Origin: Gaiellales bacterium
GTDB taxonomy: Bacteria; Actinomycetota; Thermoleophilia; Gaiellales; JAICJC01
Direction of reading: 5' to 3'
Assembly: GCA_033856975.1 (NCBI GenBank)
Contig: JAWVEC010000041.1
Span: forward strand, 1-35,159
DNA length: 35,159 bases
Below the pieces are notes generated by a model that was not told the origin of the DNA, did not search any database, and saw nothing but the letters and a program-made list of their open reading frames with translations. The translations under genes and the position numbers were made by a program. Below are positions 15,971-24,580 of this stretch, piece after piece; position 1 is the stretch's first letter, and each line of letters begins with the position of its first letter.

Positions 15971-17274
15971 GGATCCGCGACTCGCTGAGCGGGGAGCTGC
16001 GGGAGCTGGAGCCGGGCGGCGATGGCCGGATCGGCATCTACGTCTGCGGACCGACCGTCTACAACCGGATCCACGTCGGCAACGCCCGCCCGTTCGTGGT
16101 GTTCCTGCTGATGAAGCGGTATCTGGAATGGCGCGGCCAACCGGTGACGCTGGTCGAGAACATCACCGACATCAACGACAAGATCTACGCGCCGGCGCGC
16201 GCGGCGGGCATCCCGTCCGATCGGTTCGCCGCCCAGATGGCGGAGGCCTACATCGCAGACACCGACCTGCTGGGCATCGGCCGCCCCGATCGCGAGCCGC
16301 GCGCGACCGAGACTCTGGCCGAGATCCTGGCGCTGATCGAGCAGCTGATCGCGTCCGGCCACGCCTACGAGGCGGGCGGCGACGTCTACTTCGCGGTGCG
16401 CAGCTTCGACGGCTACGGCAAGCTCTCGAACCAGCGCCTCGACCAGCTGGTGGAGAGCGCCCGCGGAGAGGGCGAGCCTGGCGAGCACAAGCGCGATCCG
16501 CTCGACTTCGCGCTCTGGAAGGCCAACAAGCCCGATGAGGACACCTGGTGGGACTCGCCCTGGGGGCGCGGCCGGCCCGGCTGGCACATCGAGTGCTCGG
16601 CGATGGCAGAGCGCTGGCTGGGGCCGGAGTTCGCGTTGCACGGCGGCGGACGCGACCTGATCTTCCCCCACCATGAGAACGAGATCGCCCAATCGCAGGC
16701 CGGCGGCCGGCCGTTCGCCCGCATCTGGGCGCATAACGGCATGCTGCGGCTGGGCGGCGAGAAGATGTCGAAGTCGCTCGGAAACATCGACCCGTTGCAC
16801 TCCGCGATCGAGGAGTGGGGCAGGGAGGCGTTCCTGCTCTACCTGCTGGGAGGGCACTACGCCGCGCCGATCGACTACTCGGACAAGGTGCTCGAGCAGG
16901 CCAGGGCGACAGTCGAGACGTTGCGAAACCGGCTCCGCGACGGCGGGGGTGGCAGCGACCCCGCCCTGATCGCCGCCGTCTGCGAGGCGCTCGACGACGA
17001 CTTCAATACGCCTCGCGCGTTGGCGCTGCTGTTCGACGCACCGGCCGAAGCGTCCGGCTCGGTGGCGGAGGTGCTGGAGGTGCTGGGGCTCGGCAGCCTG
17101 GCCGTCGACGACCAGGCGCCGCCCGAGCTGGATGAGAAGCGGCGGCAGCGCGACCAGGCCCGCCAAGATGGCGACTTCGCGCGCGCCGACGCACTGCGGA
17201 CCGAGATCGAGGCGGCCGGGTGGGAGGTTCGAGACACCGGCGGCGGCACCGTGCTGTATCCCCGTCATGGCTGA
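15967..17274 (+). CDS. cysS: Cysteine--tRNA ligase
   Basis: IYVCGPTVYNRIHVGNARPF (HIGH region), WHIECSAM, HGGGRDLIFPHHENEIAQS and EKMSKSLGN (KMSKS). GTG 15967 overlaps the gltX-like stop (GTGA). The track start at 15916 overlaps upstream. Confidence 0.93.
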   Translation: MRIRDSLSGELRELEPGGDGRIGIYVCGPTVYNRIHVGNARPFVVFLLMKRYLEWRGQPVTLVENITDINDKIYAPARAAGIPSDRFAAQMAEAYIADTDLLGIGRPDREPRATETLAEILALIEQLIASGHAYEAGGDVYFAVRSFDGYGKLSNQRLDQLVESARGEGEPGEHKRDPLDFALWKANKPDEDTWWDSPWGRGRPGWHIECSAMAERWLGPEFALHGGGRDLIFPHHENEIAQSQAGGRPFARIWAHNGMLRLGGEKMSKSLGNIDPLHSAIEEWGREAFLLYLLGGHYAAPIDYSDKVLEQARATVETLRNRLRDGGGGSDPALIAAVCEALDDDFNTPRALALLFDAPAEASGSVAEVLEVLGLGSLAVDDQAPPELDEKRRQRDQARQDGDFARADALRTEIEAAGWEVRDTGGGTVLYPRHG

Positions 17275-17965
17275 CCTCGTCTACGGCACGCACGCGGTAC
17301 GCGAGGCGTTGCGCGGTCGCCGGCAGGTGCTGCGTGTGTGGTGCACGCGACGTGCCCGCGAGCAGCATGAGTGGCTGCCCAACGACGCGATCGTGGAGTC
17401 GGGCGAGCGGCTGGACGAGCTGGCCGCAAGCGACGACCACCAGGGACTGGTGGCAGAGGTCGAGCCCTTTGTCTATACCGATCCGGCGCAGTTGCTGGGC
17501 CGCGAGCGGGCGCTTCTGATGGCGCTGGACGAGGTCACCGACCCGCACAACCTGGGCGCCGTGGCGCGCGTCTGCGAGTGTGCCGGAGCCGACGGCCTGC
17601 TGATCACCCGGCGCCGCTCGGCGGCGGTCACTGCCGCCGTCTGCCGCGCATCGGCCGGCGCCGTCGAGCACCTGCCGATCGCGCTGGTCGACAACCTGGC
17701 CGACACACTGCTTCGGGCGCGCCGCCCCGGCCTGTGGACGTACGCCGCCGACAGCGAGGCCGACCGGCCCTACGACGCTCACGACTACCGGGACGGGACG
17801 CTGTTCGTGCTCGGTGCCGAGGGTCGCGGCCTGCGTCCGCGGGTGCGCGCCGCCTGCGACGCCACCGCGGCCATCCCCATGCGGGGCCGGATCGAGTCGC
17901 TGAACGTGAGCACGGCCGCGGCGGTGCTGCTGTTCGAGGCTACCAGGCAGCGGCGCGGTGGCTGA
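17267..17965 (+). CDS. rlmB: 23S rRNA 2'-O-methyltransferase, RlmB/TrmH (SpoU) family
   Basis: N-terminal YGTHAVREAL substrate-binding motif and SpoU motifs LDEVTDPHNLGAVARVCECAGADGL, FVLGAEGRGL and IPMRGRIESLNVSTAAAVLLFE. ATG 17267 overlaps the cysS stop (ATGGCTGA). Confidence 0.88.
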   Translation: MADLVYGTHAVREALRGRRQVLRVWCTRRAREQHEWLPNDAIVESGERLDELAASDDHQGLVAEVEPFVYTDPAQLLGRERALLMALDEVTDPHNLGAVARVCECAGADGLLITRRRSAAVTAAVCRASAGAVEHLPIALVDNLADTLLRARRPGLWTYAADSEADRPYDAHDYRDGTLFVLGAEGRGLRPRVRAACDATAAIPMRGRIESLNVSTAAAVLLFEATRQRRGG

Positions 17966-18446
17966 GCTGCCGCCACTGGTGATCGTGGACGGCGACAACG
18001 TCGCCCACGTGCGCGGCGGCCCGGAGGAGTACCAGCTGGTGCGGACCGAACTGGTGGCCGCGGTGATCGACCACGCCGCCCGCTCGGGCATCGAGACGGT
18101 GCTCGTGTTCGACGGCCATGGCCGCGACCGCACGGTGGGCAGGGCGCAGGTCAGGCATGCCGGATCGGAGACCGCCGACACGCTGATCGAGCGGCTCGCC
18201 CATCGCCATCAGCACGATCGCGAGGTGACGGTGGTCTCGTCGGACAACGTGCTGCGCCACGTCGCCCAGCGGGGAGGGGTGCAGGCGATGAGCGCACGTG
18301 AGTACGTCGACCGGCTGGCGGCGGCACCCGCCGACGAGCCTGCGACGCCCGTTGGGCGCCTGCGCTTCAAGCTGACCGACTCGGTCGATCCCACTGTCAG
18401 AGCCGCATTGGAGCGGATTCGACGTAACCGGGAACCGGACGCTTGA
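17958..18446 (+). CDS. yacP: NYN-domain protein (YacP/Rae1 family ribonuclease-like)
   Basis: LVIVDGDNVAH...VLVFDGHG...VVSSDNVLRH pattern of YacP-type NYN domains. GTG 17958 overlaps the rlmB stop (GTGGCTGA). It follows rlmB as in B. subtilis. Confidence 0.8.
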   Translation: MAELPPLVIVDGDNVAHVRGGPEEYQLVRTELVAAVIDHAARSGIETVLVFDGHGRDRTVGRAQVRHAGSETADTLIERLAHRHQHDREVTVVSSDNVLRHVAQRGGVQAMSAREYVDRLAAAPADEPATPVGRLRFKLTDSVDPTVRAALERIRRNREPDA

Positions 18447-18513
18447 CAATCCGCGGCTGATCCGTCAGACTCCCAGACCTCAAGTTGTACTTGATGTTCA
18501 GCCTGAGGCTTGT

Positions 18514-18545
18514 CGAGGGATCTATCCCCCTCGGTCTTCATTTTC
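18514..18545 (+). terminator. Terminator-like hairpin plus T-rich tract between yacP and sigH
   Basis: cgaggg atctatcc ccctcg: 6-bp stem, 8-nt loop (18514-18533), followed by gtcttcattttcc. It sits in a locally lower-GC spacer and ends 14 nt before the sigH ATG. Confidence 0.35.
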
Positions 18546-18558
18546 CGGTCGGAGGTGC

Positions 18559-19230
18559 ATGGTGGCGAGGTCGAACGCAGCGGTGGCGCGTCAGTCGCAC
18601 GGGCGGGTGTGGCGAGACACGGGTGAGGTTATGGTGATCGCCGCCGCCCGCAACGGTGACGAGCGCGCGATGGACACGATCATCCGGCGCTACGAGGGGT
18701 TCGTGCGGCTCAAGGCCAGCTCGTACTTCCTGGCCGGCGGCGATTCACACGACCTGATCCAGGAGGGGATGGTCGGGCTGTTCAAGGCGGTGCGCGACTA
18801 CCGCTCGGACAAGGACACCTCGTTCCGCTCGTTCGCGGAGCTCTGCATCACGCGCCAGATCATCACCGCGATCAAGACCGCGACGCGCTTCAAGCACGCT
18901 CCGCTGAACAGCTACGTCTCGTTCAGCCATACGCCGGCCGGCCAGGAGTCGGAGGTCGACTGCACGCTGGGCGATGCGCTGCCCGGCCCGGCCGTCGACG
19001 ACCCCGCCAGCTGCGTGATCTCGACCGAGGAGCTGCAGAGCCTGCTCAGCTGCCTGGGCGGCACGCTGTCCAAGCTCGAGGCGCAGGTGCTGACGTGCTA
19101 CCTGGAGGGTCGCAGCTACGAGGAGATCGGCGGCCTGCTGGACTGCGACCCAAAGACGGTCGACAACGCGCTGCAGCGCGTCAAGCGCAAGGTACTGACG
19201 CACCTGGAGTCGCGCCGGATCACCGCCTGA
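18559..19230 (+). CDS. sigH: RNA polymerase sigma factor, SigH (Spo0H)-type
   Basis: YEGFVRLKASSYFLAGGDSHDLIQEGMVGLFKAVRDYRSDKDTSFRSFAELCITRQIITAIKTATRFKHAPLNSY and LSKLEAQVLTCYLEGRSYEEIGGLL...KTVDNALQRVKRKV closely track B. subtilis SigH as I recall it. GGAGG lies 3 nt upstream of ATG 18559, and ATG 18631 is an alternative start. Confidence 0.85.
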   Translation: MVARSNAAVARQSHGRVWRDTGEVMVIAAARNGDERAMDTIIRRYEGFVRLKASSYFLAGGDSHDLIQEGMVGLFKAVRDYRSDKDTSFRSFAELCITRQIITAIKTATRFKHAPLNSYVSFSHTPAGQESEVDCTLGDALPGPAVDDPASCVISTEELQSLLSCLGGTLSKLEAQVLTCYLEGRSYEEIGGLLDCDPKTVDNALQRVKRKVLTHLESRRITA

Positions 19231-19254
19231 GCGTCGAGTCGAGGTCGAGGTCGG

Positions 19255-19260
19255 TAGAAT
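19255..19260 (+). promoter_or_regulatory. Candidate -10 hexamer (TAGAAT) for the tRNA gene
   Basis: TAGAAT ends 9 nt upstream of the mature tRNA 5' end. No good -35 is present (GTCGAG-type repeats upstream). Confidence 0.35.
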
Positions 19261-19269
19261 CGGCTGAGC

Positions 19270-19342
19270 GCCGGGATAGCTCAGCTGGAAGAGCTTTCGC
19301 CTTGTAAGCGAAGGGTCGCGGGTTCGAGTCCCGCTCCCGGCT
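19270..19342 (+). tRNA. tRNA-Thr (anticodon UGU)
   Basis: Hand-folded cloverleaf: acceptor GCCGGGA/TCCCGGC, D arm GCTC-AGCTGGAA-GAGC, anticodon arm TTCGC-CTTGTAA-GCGAA (TGT at positions 34-36), variable loop GGGTC, T arm GCGGG-TTCGAGT-CCCGC, discriminator T. 73 nt; CCA is not encoded. Confidence 0.9.
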
Positions 19343-19405
19343 CTCCGATTGCGAACGCCGTGTCGCGGCTTGACTTCGCAGTGGCCGGGGGCCGACTATG
19401 GGGAC

Positions 19406-19969
19406 ATGTTCTGCCCGAACTGCGGCCACGCAGATCAGCTGGGGGCGTTCTGTGCCAACTGCGGCGCAGATCTGTCCGGTCGGGCGATCGCCTACTCCCG
19501 GCTGTGGAGGCGCGCGGTGGCACAGGGGATCGATCTGATAGCGACGCTGGTGCTGGCGGGCGCCGCATTCCTGTTTGCGGCGTTCCTCGGCAGGGGGTCG
19601 CACTCGGTCAGCGGGGTGGTTTTCATAGCCGGCATCGCCATCGCGGTGGTGGGATACCCGACGCTGATGCACGGCCGGGCGGCGGGTCAGACGCTGGGCA
19701 AGATGGCTCTCCGCATCGCCGTGCGCGACGCGAACGACACGTCCCGGTCGATCGGATACCCTCGCGCCCTGGCCCGCATCGTTTCGCGGCTGGCGATGTC
19801 GGTCGTGCCGTTGCTGCCCTTCCTGAACATCCTCTGGCCTTTGTGGGACAGCCGAAACCAGGCGCTGCACGACAAGGTCGTGTCGAGCGTCGTCGTGCGT
19901 ACGACGACGGCCGTGGCTCCGGCGACGACGCCCGCCCTCCCCGCTGCGACGGCGTTACCCGGCTCCTGA
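19406..19969 (+). CDS. RDD-family membrane protein with N-terminal zinc ribbon
   Basis: MFCPNCGHADQLGAFCANCGADL (two CxxC pairs), then the RDD-type region (W/RRAVAQGIDLIATLVL..., ...LWDSRNQALHDKVVSSVVV) with about 3 hydrophobic helices. The track start at 19349 is an upstream extension. Confidence 0.75.
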   Translation: MFCPNCGHADQLGAFCANCGADLSGRAIAYSRLWRRAVAQGIDLIATLVLAGAAFLFAAFLGRGSHSVSGVVFIAGIAIAVVGYPTLMHGRAAGQTLGKMALRIAVRDANDTSRSIGYPRALARIVSRLAMSVVPLLPFLNILWPLWDSRNQALHDKVVSSVVVRTTTAVAPATTPALPAATALPGS

Positions 19970-19978
19970 GCCCGCCGG

Positions 19979-20527
19979 CTACCCGGCGTCGCGCTTGGCG
20001 GCCTCTTCGGCCAGGTACTCCTCTTGACGGCGATGGGCCTCGGCCACGACGGCCATCACCCGCTCCTCGGTCTGTGGCGAGGGCAACACGTCGGCGGGCG
20101 GCAGGCCCTCGGCTTCCAGGATCGCTTCCAGCAGCTGCTCGGAGGTCATCGTGAACAGCTCGTGGTTCGGCAGGCCGCGCGCATGCGCCATCACGAACAG
20201 CGGCTTGCGCTCGACCTTGGCCGCCACTTCGGCTCGCACTGAAACGAGTCGCTCCAGCGCCAACTCGGCCTCGCCGCCGGCACGATCGGGCTCGGGATCG
20301 GCATCGGGTGTCCGAACCGTGCGATCGGCGAGCGCCACCACGTCACCGGGAACCGGCTGCTCGACGCCGGCTTCCTCCACCTCGGCCGGGTCGGTGCCGT
20401 CCGCCTGCAGCTCCGGATCGACCTGCTTGAGGCGGCCGTCGGCACCGCGCCCTCGAGCGGCAAGCACCAGCAGCAGCACGAAGCCGACGGTGAACAAGCA
20501 CAGACAGACGATCAGGAACCGCCGCAT
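19979..20527 (-). CDS. Hypothetical membrane-anchored protein (N-terminal TM helix, acidic linker, ~90-aa C-terminal domain)
   Basis: MRRFLIVCLCLFTVGFVLLLVLAA anchor, a D/E/P-rich linker, then a helical C-terminal part. GGAGGA lies 3 nt upstream of the ATG. No family recognised. Confidence 0.6.
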   Translation of the reverse strand: MRRFLIVCLCLFTVGFVLLLVLAARGRGADGRLKQVDPELQADGTDPAEVEEAGVEQPVPGDVVALADRTVRTPDADPEPDRAGGEAELALERLVSVRAEVAAKVERKPLFVMAHARGLPNHELFTMTSEQLLEAILEAEGLPPADVLPSPQTEERVMAVVAEAHRRQEEYLAEEAAKRDAG

Positions 20528-20617
20528 TCGTCCTCCAAGAGCTCGAGCGCGACCGTAGCTGCGGCCGCTACTGCGACGATACGGTCACGGCGCTCGGTTC
20601 GCAAGCGAGAACGCTCG

Positions 20618-21691
20618 TCAGCCCTCGCCCGCCGCATCGGCCAGCGCCGCCACCGATCGCCACTCTCGCCCGCCGGTCACCGTCACGTGTCCGAGCTTGC
20701 GCCCCGGCCGCGGCGCCTTGCCGTACAGGTGCACATGCGCGCCCTCGATCGCGGCCAGCTCGGCCAGCGGCGGCGTGCCGCCGATCAGGTTCACCATCGT
20801 GGACGGCGTCCGCAGCTCGGTCGAGCCCAGTGGCAGGCCGCACACCGCCCGCAGGTGGTTCTCGAACTGGCTCGTCTCGGCGCCCTCGATCGTCCAGTGG
20901 CCCGAGTTGTGGACGCGCGGTGCCATCTCGTTCGCGAGCAGGCTGTCACCGACCTGGAACAGCTCCAGCGCCAGCACGCCCACGTAGTCGAGCCGATCCA
21001 GCAGCAGCCGCGCGTGGCTCTCACCCAGCGCCTGGAGCTCGGGCGTCAGGCCGGGCGCGGGGGCGTGCGTGACGCGCAGGATGCCGTCGCGGTGATGGTT
21101 CTCGACCAGCGGATAGCAGGCCACGCCGCCGTCGCGTCCCCGCACAGCGACGATCGAGAGCTCACGCTCGAACTCGACCAGTTGCTCCGCGATCAGCGGC
21201 ACCGTCCCCAGCGCCGTGAACGCGCCGGTCATATCGTCCCGGTCGCGCAGCACGCGCTGGCCCTTGCCGTCGTACCCCAGCCGGCGCGTCTTCAGCACTC
21301 CCGGCAGCGCGGCCGCCTCCAGGTCGGCCTGCGAGTCGATCGCCCAGAACCGCGCCGTCTCGATGCCCAGCTCCTGGAACACCCGCTTCTCGTGCACCCG
21401 GTCCTGGGCGATCGCGAGCGCCTGTGCCGGCGGGTGCACCGCCACCTGAGCCGCCAGCCGCTCGGCGGCGGCGGCCGGTACCGACTCAAACTCGAACGTC
21501 ACCAGGTCGCAGGTGCTTGCCAGGCGATCGAGGCCGGCGGCCGAGTCGTAGGCATCCACGACCAGCTCGCCAACCGGCCCGGCGCACGCCTCGGGCGACG
21601 GGTCGAGGAAGCTGCACGGGACGCCCAGCGGATGGCCGGCCAGCGCGATCATGCGGGCGAGCTGGCCCCCGCCCAGGATCCCAACCCGCAT
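20618..21691 (-). CDS. purK: N5-carboxyaminoimidazole ribonucleotide synthase
   Basis: MRVGILGGGQLARM, an ATP-grasp core (VLKTRRLGYDGKGQ, ELSIVAVRG) and APRVHNSGHWTIEG. Confidence 0.92.
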   Translation of the reverse strand: MRVGILGGGQLARMIALAGHPLGVPCSFLDPSPEACAGPVGELVVDAYDSAAGLDRLASTCDLVTFEFESVPAAAAERLAAQVAVHPPAQALAIAQDRVHEKRVFQELGIETARFWAIDSQADLEAAALPGVLKTRRLGYDGKGQRVLRDRDDMTGAFTALGTVPLIAEQLVEFERELSIVAVRGRDGGVACYPLVENHHRDGILRVTHAPAPGLTPELQALGESHARLLLDRLDYVGVLALELFQVGDSLLANEMAPRVHNSGHWTIEGAETSQFENHLRAVCGLPLGSTELRTPSTMVNLIGGTPPLAELAAIEGAHVHLYGKAPRPGRKLGHVTVTGGREWRSVAALADAAGEG

Positions 21692-21697
21692 CCGCGG

Positions 21698-22198
21698 CTA
21701 CCCGGCGGGGTCGGAGTCGGCGAGCACGGCAGCGGTCTGCTCGGCCCGGAACCGGTCGAGCGCGACCCGTATCGCGTCGTCGCTGACCGAGAGGATGGAT
21801 GCGGCCAGAAGCGCGGCGTTTGTGGCCCCAGCGCTGCCGATCGCCAGCGTCCCGACCGGGATCCCGGCCGGCATCTGGGCGATCGAGAGCAGCGAGTCGA
21901 TCCCGCTCAGCGCCTTCGATTGCACCGGCACGCCCAGCACCGGCAGGCTCGTCTTCGAGGCCGCCATGCCGGGCAGGTGAGCCGCCCCACCGGCGCCGGC
22001 GATCAGCACCGCCAGGCCCCGCTCGCGGGCTCCGGCGGCGTATTCGAACAGCAGGTCGGGGGTGCGGTGGGCCGAGACGACTCGCGTCTCGAACGGCACG
22101 CCCAGCCGCTCCAGCGTCTCGGCTGCGTGGCGCATCGTGTCCCAGTCGGAGCGGGATCCCATGATCACGCCCACCAGCGGGCGGCTGCCGTCGCTCAT
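21698..22198 (-). CDS. purE: N5-carboxyaminoimidazole ribonucleotide mutase
   Basis: [30 protein letters not shown] and PVLGVPV motifs of class I PurE. Its stop is 6 nt upstream of the purK start. Confidence 0.93.
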   Translation of the reverse strand: MSDGSRPLVGVIMGSRSDWDTMRHAAETLERLGVPFETRVVSAHRTPDLLFEYAAGARERGLAVLIAGAGGAAHLPGMAASKTSLPVLGVPVQSKALSGIDSLLSIAQMPAGIPVGTLAIGSAGATNAALLAASILSVSDDAIRVALDRFRAEQTAAVLADSDPAG

Positions 22199-22225
22199 GG
22201 CGCGGACACTACACTGCGACCCGTG

Positions 22226-24580
22226 ATGGAGGAGGGGCAGGCGGCCACGGCCGGCGGACTGGGGCTGACCGGCGTCGAGGCGGCACGCCGGCTGGCGGCG
22301 CGTGGCGACCGGCCACCACCGCCGTCAAGCCGCTCTCTGGCCAGCATCGTGCGGGCGAACACGCTGACGCTGTTCAACCTGATCCTCGCCGTGTTCCTGA
22401 TCCTGATCCTGATCAGCGGCCAGTACGCGGACGGGCTGTTCGCGGGCGTGCTGATCGCCAACACCTCGATCGGCATCATCCAGGAGCTGCGCGCGAAGCG
22501 GGCGCTCGACCGGGCGGCACTGCTGGTCGCGCCCCGCGCCCGCGCCGTCCGTGACGGTCGGGAGGGATCGGTGCCGCTGGACGACGTGGTTGAGGGCGAC
22601 CTGGTCGAGCTGCGGCCCGGCGACCAGGTGATCGCCGACGGCCGCGTGGCCGACTCGCTCGATCTGATGATGGACGAGTCGCCGCTTACGGGAGAGTCGT
22701 TGCCGGTCGCCCGCGCCACCGGCGACCGGCTGCTGTCGGGATCGTTCTGCGTCGAGGGAAACGGCGGCTATGTGGTCGAGCGGGTGGGACCCGACAGCTA
22801 TGCCTGGCAGCTCTTGGGAGCGGCCCGCGAGGATACCGCCCAGCGCTCGCCGCTCGAGCTGCAGATCAACCGGCTGCTGAGGCTGATGGTGGTGGTGATG
22901 GTGCCGCTGGCCGCGGCACTGGTGTGGGCACTCGAGCGCAACGACACGGCCTTCCGCCAGTCCGTCGCCACCGCCACGGCCGGCATCGTGACCCTGATAC
23001 CGGAGGGGCTGGTGCTGCTGACCAGCCTCACCTTCGCCGTCGCCGCCATGCGGCTGTCACGCCGGGGGATGCTGGTGCAGTACATGAATGCGGTCGAATC
23101 GCTCGCCAACGTCGACACCGTCTGCCTGGACAAGACCGGCACCCTCACCGACGGCGACCTCTCGCTGCACTCCGTCGTCTCCATCGGCAACGGTGCCGAG
23201 GCCGTGAGCGCACGGCTGGCGAGCTACGCCGCCAGTGCCGCTTCTCGCAATGCCACCCTGGACGCGGTGGCCGCCGGCCTGCCCGGCGACCCGGTCACGC
23301 CGCAGGACGAGGTGCCGTTCTCGTCGCGCTGGAAGTGGAGCGCGCTGAAGTTGGACGGTGAGTGGCTGGTGCTGGGCGCGCCGGACGTGCTGCTGGGAGA
23401 GCACGCGCCGGACTCGGTGGCTGAGAACGCCCGCGAGGGCCGGCGCGTGCTCGCCTTCGGTGCTGCGCGATCGGCGATCGATACCGGGGACGACGCGCAC
23501 GCGCCGCCCGCGATCGAGCCGCTGGCGATGGTGGTGCTCGAGGAGCGGCTGCGGGCCGACGCCGCAGAGACGGTCGCCTTCCTGCATCGCCAGGGCGTGG
23601 CGCTGAAGGTGATGTCCGGCGACTCGCCGACCACCGTGGCGGCGGTCGCGACCCGCGCGGGCATCCCGGCCGGCGCCCGGGTGTGGGACGGCAGCGAGCT
23701 GCCGGACGACCCGGTCGCGCTGCTGGCGGCGGCGCGCCAGGGCAGCGTCTTCTCCCGTCTCACCCCCGAGCACAAGCGTGATCTCGTCAACGTGCTGACC
23801 GCGGACGGCGCCTACGTGGCGATGATCGGAGACGGCGTCAACGACGTGCCGGCGATGAAGGTCGCGCGGCTCGCGATCGCGCTCGGCAGCGGCAGCCAGC
23901 TGGCCAAGAGCGTGGCCGACAGCGTGCTGCTGGACGACCGCTTCGGGGCGATCCCCGAGGCCCTGGCCGAGGGCCGGCGGATCATCAGCAACGTACAGCG
24001 GGTCGCGAAGCTGTTCGTGACCAAGTCGGTGTTCGCGGCCTTCGTGATCGCGACCTTCGGCCTCTGGACGGGCGAGTTTCCGCTGCTGCCTCGCCACCTC
24101 TCGCTGGCGGCCACCTTCACCGTCGGCATCCCCGGGTTCGTGCTCGCGCTCGCCCCCGGTTCCGGTGCGGCCGACGAGGGGGGCTTCCTGCGCCGTGTGA
24201 TGCGCTTCTCGGTGCCGGCCGGCGTCGTGATGGGAGCGGCCACGCTGGCCGCCTACCTCGCGGTCGCGAACGTGCGCGGCCACTCGCTCGAGGACGGACG
24301 GACGGCGGCGGTGACCGTGTTCATCGCCGTCGGTCTGTACCTGCTGCTGGTGCTCGAGGCCGATCGCATGCAGGACAGCCGCCGCTACGCGGCCATCGTG
24401 GTCGCGCTGGCCGCGGGGCTGGGCGGCGGCTTTCTGGCCATGCTCGGCTCGAGCCCCGCGCGCAGCTTCTTCGCCCTCAGCGTGCCGGGCGTGTGGGGCG
24501 TGGTGGTGGTCGTCGGCTGCACGGTGGCGGCGTTCTGGCTGCTCGGCAGGCTCGGCCTCTCGCCCTACCGGCGGAGCTGA
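22226..24580 (+). CDS. Cation-translocating P-type ATPase (P2-like, mycobacterial CtpE-like)
   Basis: TGES actuator motif (PLTGESLPV), phosphorylation motif [31 protein letters not shown], and multiple TM helices at both ends. Start is ATG 22226 (or GTG 22223). The first ~1.5 kb of the 1297-aa track ORF is antisense to purK/purE. Confidence 0.88.
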   Translation: MEEGQAATAGGLGLTGVEAARRLAARGDRPPPPSSRSLASIVRANTLTLFNLILAVFLILILISGQYADGLFAGVLIANTSIGIIQELRAKRALDRAALLVAPRARAVRDGREGSVPLDDVVEGDLVELRPGDQVIADGRVADSLDLMMDESPLTGESLPVARATGDRLLSGSFCVEGNGGYVVERVGPDSYAWQLLGAAREDTAQRSPLELQINRLLRLMVVVMVPLAAALVWALERNDTAFRQSVATATAGIVTLIPEGLVLLTSLTFAVAAMRLSRRGMLVQYMNAVESLANVDTVCLDKTGTLTDGDLSLHSVVSIGNGAEAVSARLASYAASAASRNATLDAVAAGLPGDPVTPQDEVPFSSRWKWSALKLDGEWLVLGAPDVLLGEHAPDSVAENAREGRRVLAFGAARSAIDTGDDAHAPPAIEPLAMVVLEERLRADAAETVAFLHRQGVALKVMSGDSPTTVAAVATRAGIPAGARVWDGSELPDDPVALLAAARQGSVFSRLTPEHKRDLVNVLTADGAYVAMIGDGVNDVPAMKVARLAIALGSGSQLAKSVADSVLLDDRFGAIPEALAEGRRIISNVQRVAKLFVTKSVFAAFVIATFGLWTGEFPLLPRHLSLAATFTVGIPGFVLALAPGSGAADEGGFLRRVMRFSVPAGVVMGAATLAAYLAVANVRGHSLEDGRTAAVTVFIAVGLYLLLVLEADRMQDSRRYAAIVVALAAGLGGGFLAMLGSSPARSFFALSVPGVWGVVVVVGCTVAAFWLLGRLGLSPYRRS

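Noticed and set aside
15820-18181. 482-aa and 392-aa minus-strand ORFs opposite cysS and rlmB
   Set aside because: They are antisense to genes with canonical class-I synthetase and SpoU motifs, and show no domain signatures.
20687-22225. N-terminal ~510 aa of the 1297-aa plus-strand ORF
   Set aside because: This part is antisense to purK and purE, which have unmistakable motifs. The P-type ATPase homology begins only at ~22226, where an [11 protein letters not shown]-type N-terminus is found.
22397-22414. Tandem (CTGATC)x3 microrepeat
   Set aside because: It lies inside the ATPase first TM helix and simply encodes LILILI. It is not an independent repeat feature.
24565-24580. 16-nt convergent overlap of the ATPase and cyclodeaminase-family genes (and a 30-nt overlap at 33102-33131 for MFS/lipoprotein)
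   Set aside because: Short 3' overlaps of convergent genes are common in compact GC-rich genomes. There is no extra structure to suggest a specific mechanism.
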